From positions 145,852 to 209,851 of the forward strand of contig JBBTSM010000002.1 in assembly GCA_038064675.1 (NCBI GenBank): 64,000 nt of DNA, in the 5' to 3' direction. Source of the DNA: Patescibacteria group bacterium. Its GTDB lineage: Bacteria > Patescibacteriota > Patescibacteriia > UBA9934. Below, one piece after another: positions 27,863-37,442 of this stretch. The notes below the pieces were generated by a model. The model saw only the letters and a program-made list of their open reading frames with translations, was not told the origin of the DNA and made no database searches. Both the position numbers and the translations under genes were made by a program. Within the stretch, counting starts at the first letter, position 1. Each line of letters starts with the position of its first letter.

Positions 27863-28420
27863 CTAGGTCTGACGAGCTAAAATCATGTTCATCCTTCCAT
27901 CAACCGCCTTTAAGGGGCTTTCAACGCGGATAGGATAATGGGTTCCCAATTGCTTCACAAAGTCATCAAATACGGCTCGGGCCACGTCGCCATGGGCGCG
28001 TTCTCGGCCGCGAAGGATCATTTCCACCTTTACTTTATCGCCTTGTTCAAAGAACTTTGCGGCCTGTTCTACACGGATCTGAAGGTCGCCGGAACCGATA
28101 CGCATGGAAAGGCGAATGCCCTTGATTTCCACCTCTTTACTTTGGGCGCGTTGCTTTCGCATCTCCTTTTCCTTCTGATATTTGAAATGGCTGTAGTCGG
28201 CGAATTTACACACTGGTGGCTCGGCTAATGGCGAAACCTCGATAAGATCCATGCCCTTCTCCCGTGCGAGTTCAATAGCCTTCGCGGTGGTCATGACGCC
28301 AAGCGGCTTACCCTCGTCATCAATAACGCGCACTTCTGGTGCGAGAATATTGTGGTTTGCCTTAAATTCCTGAATTTCGAACTTCGGCTTCTGAAATCTT
28401 CGATGTCTGTGGATGCGCAT
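27863..28420 (-). CDS. infC: Translation initiation factor IF-3.
   Basis: 'IRVIDDEGKPLGVMTTAKAIELAREKGMDLIEVSP' matches IF-3. The true start may be a non-ATG codon. Confidence 0.9.
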   Translation of the reverse strand: MRIHRHRRFQKPKFEIQEFKANHNILAPEVRVIDDEGKPLGVMTTAKAIELAREKGMDLIEVSPLAEPPVCKFADYSHFKYQKEKEMRKQRAQSKEVEIKGIRLSMRIGSGDLQIRVEQAAKFFEQGDKVKVEMILRGRERAHGDVARAVFDDFVKQLGTHYPIRVESPLKAVDGRMNMILARQT

Positions 28421-28483
28421 TTCTGTAGGGTTAAAGTTAGCGAAATGATAGACTAAAATGAAAAATTATGCTAGTATTTTGCT

Positions 28484-28882
28484 GGGCTTGACGGGTTTCG
28501 ATACTCTTCGGATCCTCACAAATCACGCCGGAAGGGCACCATATTCCGTAATCCCGTGGTGCAACGAGATACTTGCAAACGCATTCTCAAAGGTGAAGAG
28601 CATGATCGCTTCGGCGTTCAGCGTTCCTTCATTCTCATTGGTTACCGCCTAAGGGCCGCAACCCATCCACTTCGCAATGCCTCATAGCGGATGTTGGGTG
28701 CAATATTATGAGACTATAGGCGTTCTCTTGTTCGCTCAGAGAACGTAACCCGTTGCAGCGAAATCGTGTCGATGATTCTTGTTCCGTCTTATCATCGCCC
28801 CGTATCCGACGGAACTGCGCGTGGAACAAATTTGTTTGGTGAGGTGGGGTAGACGAGGGTTCAACTCCCTCCAGGTCCACCA
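28484..28882 (+). ncRNA. ssrA: tmRNA (SsrA).
   Basis: The 5' end 'GGGCTTGACGGGTTTCGAT' pairs with the 3' 'CAGGTCC-A-CCA'. The 3' tRNA-like T-arm 'GAGGGTTCAACTCCCTC' ends in CCA at 28882. A -10-like 'tagtat' lies just upstream. Confidence 0.75.
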
Positions 28883-28885
28883 TAA

Positions 28886-29000
28886 AACCCCGTAATTTCG
28901 TCCAGGACGTTGTCAGAAAACTCCGCGGCGCCTCAACGTACCATGAAGTACGCCTCGGCGCCTGCTCGTTTTCTTCCTAGTCCTGAACAAAATTACGGGG
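28886..29000. repeat. Palindromic MITE-like repeat (copy C) with terminal inverted repeats.
   Basis: The termini 'aaaccccgtaattt' and 'aaattacggggtttt' are inverted. The core 'caacgtaccatgaagtacgcc' is the family dyad in reverse orientation. Confidence 0.6.
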
Positions 29001-29013
29001 TTTTGTATTTGCC

Positions 29014-29451
29014 TTATTCGAGGTCCCGTTGAATCGCTCGGTCGAGGTCGCGCTTTTTAATCGTTTCGCGTTTTTCGTATTTGCGTTTTCCGCGGGCGAG
29101 GGCGATTTCGAGTTTTACTCTATTTCGAGTCACGAATAGTGCGATCGGCACAATCGTCAGGCGATCGGTTTCGCGTTTTGCGCGGAGGTAATCGATTTGG
29201 CGTTTGTGCAGGAGGAGCTTTCGAGTGCGAGTTGGATCGTCGGAATCTTTTGCTGGTGCTTTGGCGTATTGGCCGATGTGCATGTTGGTGACGTACGCCT
29301 CGTCGTTGCGCACCGTCACGAACGCGCCTTTCAAATTCACACTTCCAGCTTTCGCGGCTTTTGTCTCTGCGCCGGTGAGCACTAAGCCCGCCTCGAATTT
29401 CTCGAGGATTTCATAATCGTGGAATGCTTTCTTGTTTTGCGCCAAAGACAT
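29014..29451 (-). CDS. smpB: SsrA-binding protein SmpB.
   Basis: 'KKAFHDYEILEKFEAGLVLTGAETKAAK...LLLHKRQIDYL...' The start is taken at MSLAQNKK. The gene is convergent with the tmRNA. Confidence 0.9.
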   Translation of the reverse strand: MSLAQNKKAFHDYEILEKFEAGLVLTGAETKAAKAGSVNLKGAFVTVRNDEAYVTNMHIGQYAKAPAKDSDDPTRTRKLLLHKRQIDYLRAKRETDRLTIVPIALFVTRNRVKLEIALARGKRKYEKRETIKKRDLDRAIQRDLE

Positions 29452-29482
29452 AGACCGATAATGCGACTTGGGCTTTCTCGTT

Positions 29483-29590
29483 TGCGTCGAGTTTGGATGC
29501 GCGGCGAGGAAAACTTCCGAGACGTACTTCATGGTACGTTGAGGAAGTTTCCGATGGCGCAAGTCCAAAATCGGCCAAAGGAGGAAGTCC
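29483..29590. repeat. Palindromic MITE-like repeat (copy B) in the smpB upstream region.
   Basis: 'gaggaaaacttccgagacgtacttcatggtacgttgaggaagtttccgatg' forms a long imperfect palindrome around the ACGTAC-N6-GTACGT core. Confidence 0.6.
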
Positions 29591-29614
29591 AATCATGATA
29601 CACTATCAGCGATT

Positions 29615-30676
29615 ATGACCACACGCAAAACCGACGCAGTCTCTGGGGTGAAATCGATCGCAATCTCGAGCGGAACCATGTTTCGCGTGTTGATTATTGC
29701 CGCGGTTGCAACGTTTTTGTACATGATTCGCGATGTTGTCGCGATGACGCTCGTTGCAGCATTTCTTGCGGCGCTTATCGATCCATTCGCGGACATTTTT
29801 ACCCGTTGGAAGATTCCTCGCGCGCTGGCGGTGCTCGTGGTGTATCTTCTTGGATTCTCGTTTTTCGTTCTTGTAGTGTTTCTCATCGTCCCACCGCTCC
29901 TCACAGAGTTGAGTGAGCTCGCCACTGCGCTTTCACCATTCATTGCTGGTGCAAATGGATGGCTTCAGGTGGATGCGTTCCTTGCGGGAACATGGAGTTC
30001 GAACGTTGGCGAGATTGTGTCGTCCATTCGTGATAGCGGTGTTGCTGGTGCGCTTCCAAAGATCGCTGCGTTTGGATCGTCTGCTTTTGATGTTGCGCTG
30101 AGCGTTGGTGTGGTGTTGATCCTCGCATTTTATTTTATCGTGGAGAAGAACGAGATGATTCGTGGCATTGGTATTGTTGCACCGCCAGAATATCAGCCGT
30201 TTGTGATGCATATTGCATTGAAGGCTCGTGAACAGATGGGCGTGTGGCTTCGTGGCCAGCTTGCGCTGATGGGTTCGATCTTCGTTCTTATTTACGGTGC
30301 GCTTTCTATTCTTGGCATTCCGTATGCGTTGGTTCTTGCACTTTTCGCTGGCTTGCTTGAGATTATTCCGTTCGTTGGCCCGATGGTATCGGCAATCCCT
30401 GCAATTGTTCTTGCGCTTGCCGTGTCGCCGGTGCACGCATTGCTGACGGCGTTCGCGTATCTCGTCATTCAACAGATTGAGGGAAACATCCTCGTGCCAA
30501 AAATCATGCAGAAAGTTGCGGGCATCAACCCTATTGTGAGCGTGCTTGCGGTGTTGATTGGTTGGCGTGTGGGCGGTATTGTTGGTGCTGTTCTTTCCAT
30601 CCCACTTGCAATGGCGATTCTCGTCTTTATGGACGACGTATTTAAACATAAAGAGACTGCTAAAGATGTTTTATGA
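29615..30676 (+). CDS. AI-2E family transporter (PerM/UPF0118).
   Basis: Eight transmembrane segments are predicted. 'AFAYLVIQQIEGNILVPKIMQK' is the family signature. Confidence 0.85.
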   Translation: MTTRKTDAVSGVKSIAISSGTMFRVLIIAAVATFLYMIRDVVAMTLVAAFLAALIDPFADIFTRWKIPRALAVLVVYLLGFSFFVLVVFLIVPPLLTELSELATALSPFIAGANGWLQVDAFLAGTWSSNVGEIVSSIRDSGVAGALPKIAAFGSSAFDVALSVGVVLILAFYFIVEKNEMIRGIGIVAPPEYQPFVMHIALKAREQMGVWLRGQLALMGSIFVLIYGALSILGIPYALVLALFAGLLEIIPFVGPMVSAIPAIVLALAVSPVHALLTAFAYLVIQQIEGNILVPKIMQKVAGINPIVSVLAVLIGWRVGGIVGAVLSIPLAMAILVFMDDVFKHKETAKDVL

Positions 30677-31074
30677 ACGACGAACTTCCGTCACAGCGCA
30701 ATTGGTTCCCGGTGATTGTTGCAGGATTAACGATTGTTCTCGCAATCGCGTTTTATGCAAAATTTCGTCCAGGGGATTTTGCAGCGCTCGTGCAGGGCGG
30801 GGGAGACGATCAGCCGGCCACAACTTCTGTGGTGACTGAAGACGGATACAGAACTGCGGTGGCAGCGATTTTCGCTGCATATGACAACAATCAGAATCCA
30901 ACCGAGGCATACAACGCGTTAATTGCATTGCATGTGCCGGCGTCGATGCAGCAGTTTCATATTGATTGCATCATCGCACTTGGCAAGCTTATGGATGGAA
31001 ATTCCACGAACACCGACGACGCGATGGCGCGATTCAATGCGCTTCATGCGCAGTACTCTTGGTTTACCCTGTGA
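30673..31074 (+). CDS. Membrane-anchored hypothetical protein.
   Basis: An N-terminal TM segment followed by a soluble domain. Its stop overlaps the next gene's GTG start. Confidence 0.4.
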   Translation: MNDELPSQRNWFPVIVAGLTIVLAIAFYAKFRPGDFAALVQGGGDDQPATTSVVTEDGYRTAVAAIFAAYDNNQNPTEAYNALIALHVPASMQQFHIDCIIALGKLMDGNSTNTDDAMARFNALHAQYSWFTL

Positions 31075-31835
31075 TTCTCGTCCATCGCATCACGCCATTC
31101 GGCATCGCGCTCGTAAGTATTGCAGCGTTTGCATCGCTGATTTATTCCCCGTTCTTTGGGATGAAAGTGCTTATTCCTGCTGCGGCGATGCTCGTCTTTG
31201 CGTTTTCGCGTCTGCTCTTGTGGGAATTCCGCCGACCTGCATTTTGGGTATTCCTCGGTACGCCGATGTTGTTGTGGTTTTCGTCGCTCATCTTTTTTTC
31301 GTTTCTTGAGGACCCCGTGAGTAAGTGGGTTATTGCAACAACCGTGACGTTTGGTGTGGCGTTGTATGCAGAGAACGTGTTTACGTTTTATCATTTGCCA
31401 AGTGCGTATCAAGCCTACGCGCTCGAGAATTTGTCGTTGGTGTTGTATGTGTTGAGCGCGTTCTTTTTTACAAGCGGTGCATTCGGTTCTCAGCTTTTTT
31501 TGCTCTTGCCGGTGTGGATTCCGATGCTTGTGGTGTTTGTCGCCGTATTGTTTGCGACGGTTTCTGTGTTCTGGGTGAGCAAGATTGGATTTGAGACTGG
31601 GCGACCGTATGCCATTGTTGGCGCGATACTCATGGCGGAGCTGTATAGCGTTCTCTCCACGTGGCCGACGAGTTTCGTAACGAATGCGGCAACGTTTGCT
31701 GTGCTGCTCTATACGTTCCTTGTGCTATCGCGTGCAAACGTACTGGAGCGTTTGACGAAGAAGATGGTGATACGAACGGTGGTATTCTCCAGCGTTCTTC
31801 TTGCGATTATTCTCGGTTCTGCCCGTTGGCTCTAA
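31071..31835 (+). CDS. Polytopic membrane protein of unknown function.
   Basis: The GTG at 31071 overlaps the upstream stop codon (sequence GTGA). About eight transmembrane segments are predicted. Confidence 0.45.
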   Translation: MILVHRITPFGIALVSIAAFASLIYSPFFGMKVLIPAAAMLVFAFSRLLLWEFRRPAFWVFLGTPMLLWFSSLIFFSFLEDPVSKWVIATTVTFGVALYAENVFTFYHLPSAYQAYALENLSLVLYVLSAFFFTSGAFGSQLFLLLPVWIPMLVVFVAVLFATVSVFWVSKIGFETGRPYAIVGAILMAELYSVLSTWPTSFVTNAATFAVLLYTFLVLSRANVLERLTKKMVIRTVVFSSVLLAIILGSARWL

Positions 31836-31844
31836 TTTTTTTCT

Positions 31845-32987
31845 ATGACGACATCACAAACTTCTTCAGGCCGGTGGTGGGGGATTGGCCGATCTCTGAT
31901 TCTTGCCGTTGTTGCCGGCGCCGGCGCAGGAGTTGTTGCTGCGGTGTGGACATCGCGATCGCTCGACGACTATGCCGCGAGTCTGCTTGCTGGCAGACAT
32001 CTGCCGCAAGTTTCAACACAGCAGCCAACGCCAATTCCTGGAACATATGAGGAGGCGTTGAGCCGTGTTCGAGAGAACGCGCGAACCGGCGTTGCTGCGG
32101 TGATGCCCGTTTCCACGGATAGTTTTGCGGCAAAGAGTTGGCTCAGCGACACATCTGCGTTGGGTTACGGCGCTATTGTGAGCGACGACGGCTGGGTTGC
32201 GGTTGATGCGAGCGTTCTTGATGACGTGAAAAATCCGCTCAAAGATATTGAAGTATGGATGAACGGGAAACGGTATGCGGTGCAGGCGGTTGTTCGCGAT
32301 TCACAGACGAGCGCGGCGATGCTTCATACAACGGCGACTGGACTGTCTCCGCTGGGCTTTGCATCCACGAATGGTGATCATTCTGGCGAGATGATGTTTG
32401 CTGTTGACGCGCTTGGGGGAGTGTTCCCGAATGCGGTCGCGCAAAGCGACGAAGAGATAATGTCTGGCGCGCAGCACGCAGAAACGTTTACGACAGACTG
32501 GGCACTGTCGGCGTCATCGCCATCGCTCAGCTCGCCGTTGTTGAATGCCGCAGGAGAGCTTGCGGGATTCGCTCGCGCTGGCGACGTTCATGTGTTGCCG
32601 CTTCATCAGGCGCTGCACGCGATTCGTTCGGTGGTGAAGACGGGTGCCAATACGGTTGCGATGTTCGGTGCATACAGCATCGATCTTGCGCATGCATACA
32701 ATATCGACAGCGATCTTCGTCAGAATCTTCGTGCTGGTGCGTTACTCTTTTCGCCAGATGCATCGGTGCACGCAACGGTGCGTGGCGGGCCTGCGGCAGA
32801 AGCCGGATTTGCGAGCAAAGATATTATTCTCGCTGTTGATGGAGAATCGGTAACAGATTCCACATCGCTCGCGGAAATTCTCGCGTTGTATGATCCTGGT
32901 GACGTTGCGCGATGTACGGTGTTGCGTGCTGGCCAAACAATGACGATTTCCGTGACGCTCGGCGATACATCGACCCTGGTATACTAA
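31845..32987 (+). CDS. HtrA/DegP-like protein with a C-terminal PDZ domain. The trypsin-fold catalytic His and Ser appear to be substituted.
   Basis: A TM anchor. 'SLSSPLLNAAGELAGF' aligns with GNSGGPLLN with the catalytic Ser replaced, and 'VAVDASVL' aligns with TNNHV. The PDZ domain includes '...ILAVDGESVTDSTSLAEIL...'. Confidence 0.5.
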   Translation: MTTSQTSSGRWWGIGRSLILAVVAGAGAGVVAAVWTSRSLDDYAASLLAGRHLPQVSTQQPTPIPGTYEEALSRVRENARTGVAAVMPVSTDSFAAKSWLSDTSALGYGAIVSDDGWVAVDASVLDDVKNPLKDIEVWMNGKRYAVQAVVRDSQTSAAMLHTTATGLSPLGFASTNGDHSGEMMFAVDALGGVFPNAVAQSDEEIMSGAQHAETFTTDWALSASSPSLSSPLLNAAGELAGFARAGDVHVLPLHQALHAIRSVVKTGANTVAMFGAYSIDLAHAYNIDSDLRQNLRAGALLFSPDASVHATVRGGPAAEAGFASKDIILAVDGESVTDSTSLAEILALYDPGDVARCTVLRAGQTMTISVTLGDTSTLVY

Positions 32988-32991
32988 TCAT

Positions 32992-33636
32992 ATGGCCTAT
33001 CGATACGCGCAGCTTTCCCCATTGTTAAGCGGATGGGTAACCATTCTTCTTTCGGGTGTCATTGGTATGGCGCTCGCCGTTGGGTTGTCGTTTTTACGTC
33101 CGTTGGAATACAGCGCAACGACGCAGATTCTTATTACCCAAGAGCTTGGTGCAGTCGATGCGTATACCGCAAGTCGCTCTGCGGAACGCATTGCTGATGG
33201 ATTGGCGAGCGCGGTGTACTACTCAACGTTCTTCGACAAAGTGATGGCATCGGGTTACGACATTGATCCAACGTATTTTTCTGACGACGCCATCACGCTT
33301 CGGGATCAGTGGGAAAAAACCGTTACCGCAGAAGTATCGCGCAGCAGTGGGTCGCTTTCGATTACAGCGTATCATCCGGATGTTCAGCAGGCAGAACAAA
33401 TTGCCCAGGCTGTTGCATACGTGTTGACCACGGAAGGCTGGACGTACACGTCTGGTGGAAATATTACCGTTCAAGTTGTCGATGAGCCGTTGAATTCGCG
33501 ATATCCCGTTCGTCCAAACCTTTTGATTAATGGATTCTCTGGCCTCGCACTTGGCCTTCTTGGCGGAGCGGGATACCTCTTGATTGCTGCAGAACGCACA
33601 CGTCGCCGCCACCAGTTTATGCATGATGAGGATTAG
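32992..33636 (+). CDS. Wzz/chain-length-determinant-like membrane protein.
   Basis: N- and C-terminal transmembrane segments flank a periplasmic domain. The C-terminus 'GLALGLLGGAGYLLIAAERTRRR' is typical of Wzz-like proteins. Confidence 0.5.
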   Translation: MAYRYAQLSPLLSGWVTILLSGVIGMALAVGLSFLRPLEYSATTQILITQELGAVDAYTASRSAERIADGLASAVYYSTFFDKVMASGYDIDPTYFSDDAITLRDQWEKTVTAEVSRSSGSLSITAYHPDVQQAEQIAQAVAYVLTTEGWTYTSGGNITVQVVDEPLNSRYPVRPNLLINGFSGLALGLLGGAGYLLIAAERTRRRHQFMHDED

Positions 33637-34013
33637 TTGAACCGACCGAGCGTAATGAGCGATTCAACGGGTGGCGCCGAGGGAGGTCCCCGTACGGAGC
33701 GCAACGAGCACAGAGTGCTGATGATAGTTACCGCAAACGTTCATGTGCGAGCTGAGCACCGTAACGGGGTCCGAGGCGACAGGACCCGTTGATGAGCGAG
33801 AGAAGCGATTGTGAAGAGCGGTTATCCCCGTTCATTGTTGATAGATTCTTGACGCTTGCGTCTGCTTTTGGTTCCCTTTGCACACGAAAACCCCTTGAGG
33901 GGACCCTACGGAACGGTTGTGACGCCTCCTCCTCGTTGCAACCCGTCACCATAGGGTCTCCTAAACGGGTTTTTTGTTTTGGCGCATTTCCTTGTTTATT
34001 GTCGCCTAATATT

Positions 34014-34042
34014 TGACTTTTTGGCCATTTTTTGGTATGATA
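34014..34042 (+). promoter_or_regulatory. Consensus-like sigma70 promoter (TTGACT-N17-TATGAT) that would give a ~215-nt 5' UTR for the gene at 34259.
   Basis: 'ttgactttttggccattttttggtatgat'. Confidence 0.4.
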
Positions 34043-34258
34043 GTCTGTCCTTGAATAAAGGATTCCATAGGGAAATCGGCAGGGAATTGAGGTGAGTAGA
34101 GCTTTCCCATTTGAGATCAAATAGGAAGTTCTAGCGCTCTCCAGTAGTTTGGTGTCCTGGGTGTTCCCTCCAACACTCGGTCGACGCCAAACTTCTGGAG
34201 CGCGCGAAACGCCCAATTACGGCATTCGCCGCGCAGTCTCTGACCAAATCACCCTGGA

Positions 34259-35197
34259 GTGCCCATGTTCCGCAAGAGCCTTGTTTCCCTCGTTCTCGTC
34301 CTGATCGCGTCGTCGGCGTTTGCCGCCGACATCGACCCGGCCACGCTCGACGCGCTCGCGCGTCAGCAGGGCCAGATCCAGGATCTCCAGGCCGAGCGCG
34401 ATGCGCTCGCGGCCCAGTGTGCCAAGGAATGCAAGCCCGTCCCGGCCCCCAAGAAGGCCTCGACGAAGCCCACCGCCCCCAAGGCCGCCGCCGCGCCGAA
34501 GACGCCCGTGCCGACCGTCGATCCCCGGATCGCGGAGTTGGAGGAGGAGGTGCGCTTCCTCCGCGCGCAGCTCGAGTTGCCGCCGGCGCCGATCACCGTC
34601 GTGGTTGCTCCGCCGATCGTGAACGTTGCGGCTCCGATTGTGACGATCACCCCGGTGGTCGAGAGCCACACGGAGCACACCAACACCGTCGTGGTCGAGG
34701 GCACCCGAATCCAGGTCGGCCTCATCGGCGCCGGGGTGATGGCTCCTCCGCTCCCCGGGGACGACATCGTCCTCGTCGATCGCGAGAAGGTCTTCGCCCG
34801 CATCGAGCTCGACCTCGGCAATGACAACCAGGTCGGAATTGAGGGGTTCGGTGGCTACGGTTTTACCAAGGACTCCACCGAGGCCGGTGCGATGTTCGTC
34901 TACGCACGGAACCTTGGTTTCGACGTCGACTTCGTCGCCGGCGCCGGCGTGAACTACCTCTGCGAAGAGGCGTTCAGCGGTGGTTCGCTCTGCTCGGCGT
35001 CCCGGTTCGGCCCGCAGGGGCAGATCGGGTTCGACTTCCATGCGTTCGGTCCGATCAATGCCGGAATCTACGGCGGTGGCGGGTACGACATGGTCGACGC
35101 GAGTGACGCCGGCGTCGGTGGCGTGGGGTATGGCTTCCTCTCGGCCCGGTTCTTCTGGGGCGAGCTCGGCAAGGCCACCTCGTCCGCGCCCAAGTAG
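34259..35197 (+). CDS. High-GC secreted protein with a coiled-coil, a Pro/Ala/Lys linker and a Gly-rich C-terminal domain.
   Basis: Signal peptide MPMFRKSLVSLVLVLIASSAFA. The overlapping antisense ORF at 34217-35323 is treated as a GC artefact. Confidence 0.5.
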   Translation: MPMFRKSLVSLVLVLIASSAFAADIDPATLDALARQQGQIQDLQAERDALAAQCAKECKPVPAPKKASTKPTAPKAAAAPKTPVPTVDPRIAELEEEVRFLRAQLELPPAPITVVVAPPIVNVAAPIVTITPVVESHTEHTNTVVVEGTRIQVGLIGAGVMAPPLPGDDIVLVDREKVFARIELDLGNDNQVGIEGFGGYGFTKDSTEAGAMFVYARNLGFDVDFVAGAGVNYLCEEAFSGGSLCSASRFGPQGQIGFDFHAFGPINAGIYGGGGYDMVDASDAGVGGVGYGFLSARFFWGELGKATSSAPK

Positions 35198-35442
35198 TGA
35201 TCCTTCGGCCCTAGTAAGTCTCATGTCGAAGTGAGACCGACGGGCCAAGGCACGGTGACCCACGCACGGTTCGGCTGGGAGGGAAGAGGTGAAAACCTCG
35301 ACTCTCCCGGCCGTTCGCGACACTTATTGGAGTGAAAGGTTAAGATGGTTAAACGGTTAAGACGGTTATTCTGAGTAGGAATAACCGGGTTAACCGAGAT
35401 GGTAATCCATCGATTTATCGCCTTAACCGTTCCCTTCAATCA

Positions 35443-35626
35443 TTGACAAAACTCCAAATTCTTGCTATAGTACGTAGTCAAGATTTCACACCATTTCAAC
35501 ACCAGTTCTGTGCAAGCAGTGAAGCGATCCTTCACTTCTGCCACAGGCCTGGAGTACCAGGTGGCTCGTCTCATGAGAGCTGCCGGGAACCCCCTCGGCC
35601 TGTCACCACCCTCAGGAGTCTCATCA
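35443..35626 (+). promoter_or_regulatory. Promoter plus conserved ~150-nt leader (copy 1) with a TGn extended -10, a conserved hairpin and a conserved RBS.
   Basis: TTGACA(35443-35448)-N17-TGcTATAGT(35463-35471). The leader is shared with 36286-36434 and includes AGTCAAGATTTCACA, the hairpin GCAGTGAAGCGA..CTTCACTTCTGC, and CACCACCCTCAGGAG. Confidence 0.55.
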
Positions 35627-36189
35627 TGTTCGTGTTCGCTTTTCTCGCATGCTCGACCTACGGCTCTGCCGAGGAGATCGCGGCTCAACAAGTCTCGTCC
35701 GGTGCGGTCATCATGCCGACCTCCGCCGCCCCCGTGGCGTACGGACCCGAAGGAATGATGTACCTCTACTGCGCCGCCGCCGACGAAGGGTGCTACGGGA
35801 CCGCCGAGCTGAACCTGTGCGGGACGTCCCCCGACTTCCCGATCCAGTGGAAGCCCGCGCTCTGTGACGATGCCTTCGGCACCTTCACGGCGGACAGCGG
35901 CCAGATGGCCTTCGTCACTCAGATCCCGTACCCCTCGGCAGGTCGCGGCGACGCGGCCACCCCCGACGCGGTGAACGTGGCGTGGAACGAGGAAGATGGC
36001 ACTGACCTCGCGGAGGAGGGCCTGGACGACGGGTGGTTCAACCTCCCGACGACGAACGGCGTCCCCTACGTGCAGATGATCAGCGACTGTGGTCACTACC
36101 ACCCCAACATCGTGTGGGGCTGGGACGTGGATGGCGACGTCAGCCTTCCGGCGAACGTGGCCAGCTACGGCGAGGACTACTGCGGTTGA
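35627..36189 (+). CDS. High-GC secreted Cys-rich protein.
   Basis: Signal peptide MFVFAFLACSTYGSA. The ATG sits 7 nt after the conserved AGGAG. Confidence 0.5.
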
Positions 36190-36285
36190 CGATACCGGCG
36201 AGTGATCTACGGATTCTCGCCACCACGGCTGACGCCCCGGACTTGTCTGGGGCGTTTCCATTTCCAGATATTTCTCTATTCTCCA

Positions 36286-36434
36286 TTGACATTTCTTCAA
36301 TTTTCTGCTATAGTACTCAGTCAAGATTTCACAGGAATAAAAGCCAGATTGTGCAAGCAGTGAAGCGAAAACTTCACTTCTGCCACAACCTGGATCTCGC
36401 AAAGACCAGGCCTCGACCACCCTCAGGAGCAACA
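36286..36434 (+). promoter_or_regulatory. Promoter plus conserved leader (copy 2).
   Basis: TTGACA(36286-36291)-N17-TGcTATAGT(36306-36314), then the same leader blocks as copy 1. Confidence 0.55.
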
Positions 36435-37226
36435 ATGTTTTCACTCGTTCTCTCCATCGCCGCTTGCGGCGTCGATCACAGTGCCGACACCGGTTCCGAA
36501 GTCACCGCGACTGGCGGCGTGTATGGCACGCTCCCCGGCTCCGGTTCCTCCGGTTCCGGCTCGACCGACACCGCCACCGAGGACACCGGCTCGGCCGACA
36601 GCGGCGAGACCGGCGAGACCGCGGACAGCTGCGATACCGCGGACACGGCCGACAGCGGCGAGACCGGCGATAGCGACTGCACCCCCGTCACCTGGTACCG
36701 CGATGCGGACGAGGACGGGTACGGCAGTTCGACGTGGACGAGCGCGTGCGACCAGCCGACGGGCTACGTGAGCAACGATGATGACCTCGACGACAGCCTT
36801 GCGGTGGTTGGGAGCAGCCCGACCCACGTGCGGATCTGCGGCACGGTCGACATCGGCTACGAGTTCAGCTTCTGGTGGGACGACACGGAGATGTCCGAGT
36901 CCAACACCTGGCTGAGCACGACGGTCTCCTTCACCACGGCCGCGTGCGAAGACGTCGCCGACTTCCGCCCCACCCACCTGTTCGCCCTCAACGGTTACTA
37001 CAAGGGCGGCGGGAGCGAGGACGAGTGGCTCGTGGGCGCGGGGAACAACTCGCACATCACCGACGTGTACGTCATGTTCGATGACGGCTCGTTCGACGAG
37101 TACACTGTGGACTCCACTGGCACCCACACCACGATCGGCTACGCCTACTTCGTGGACAACGGTGTCGGCGGTGGCAACCTGTACTTCGAGGCCGAGCCCG
37201 ACTTCGAGGGGGAGAACAGCTACTAG
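36435..37226 (+). CDS. High-GC lipoprotein with one MopE-like Cys/Asp metal-binding repeat.
   Basis: Lipobox 'LVLSIAACG', an acidic S/G/T/D linker, and 'CTPVTWYRDADEDGYGSSTWTSACDQPTGYVSNDDDLDD'. Confidence 0.55.
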   Translation: MFSLVLSIAACGVDHSADTGSEVTATGGVYGTLPGSGSSGSGSTDTATEDTGSADSGETGETADSCDTADTADSGETGDSDCTPVTWYRDADEDGYGSSTWTSACDQPTGYVSNDDDLDDSLAVVGSSPTHVRICGTVDIGYEFSFWWDDTEMSESNTWLSTTVSFTTAACEDVADFRPTHLFALNGYYKGGGSEDEWLVGAGNNSHITDVYVMFDDGSFDEYTVDSTGTHTTIGYAYFVDNGVGGGNLYFEAEPDFEGENSY

Positions 37227-37331
37227 TTCGGTTCCGCCACGTGACGGTGACTCACGCAACGAGCGGCCTCGGCCTCTTCCTTCCCTACGCGGGTTGGTCG
37301 AGCGTCCGAGGTCGTTTGCATTTGAGAACAC

Positions 37332-37442
37332 TTTTATTTTGGCCATTTTCGGCTTGCGTCATCGCAAACTCGCTCTACGTACCGAGAAGTACGCCTCGCG
37401 AGCTTTGCTCGACGCGCACCGAAACTGACCGAAAATAAAACC
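37332..37442. repeat. Palindromic MITE-like repeat (copy D) with terminal inverted repeats, inserted inside the high-GC segment.
   Basis: The termini are 'ttttattttggccattttcgg' and 'gaccgaaaataaaacc'. The core is 'ctacgtaccgagaagtacgcc'. Confidence 0.6.

Noticed and set aside
33640-34000. Possible RNase P RNA, SRP RNA or 6S RNA in the non-coding gap.
   Set aside because: None of the hallmark motifs (GGAAAGUCCGG, AGGUCNGGAA, GAAGCAGCC) is present. Only generic hairpins and CUGAUGA-like boxes are seen.
35443-35626. The ORF track's 5' extension of the secreted-protein gene (35443-36189).
   Set aside because: The extension runs through the TTGACA/TATAGT promoter and the conserved leader. The signal peptide begins at the ATG at 35627.
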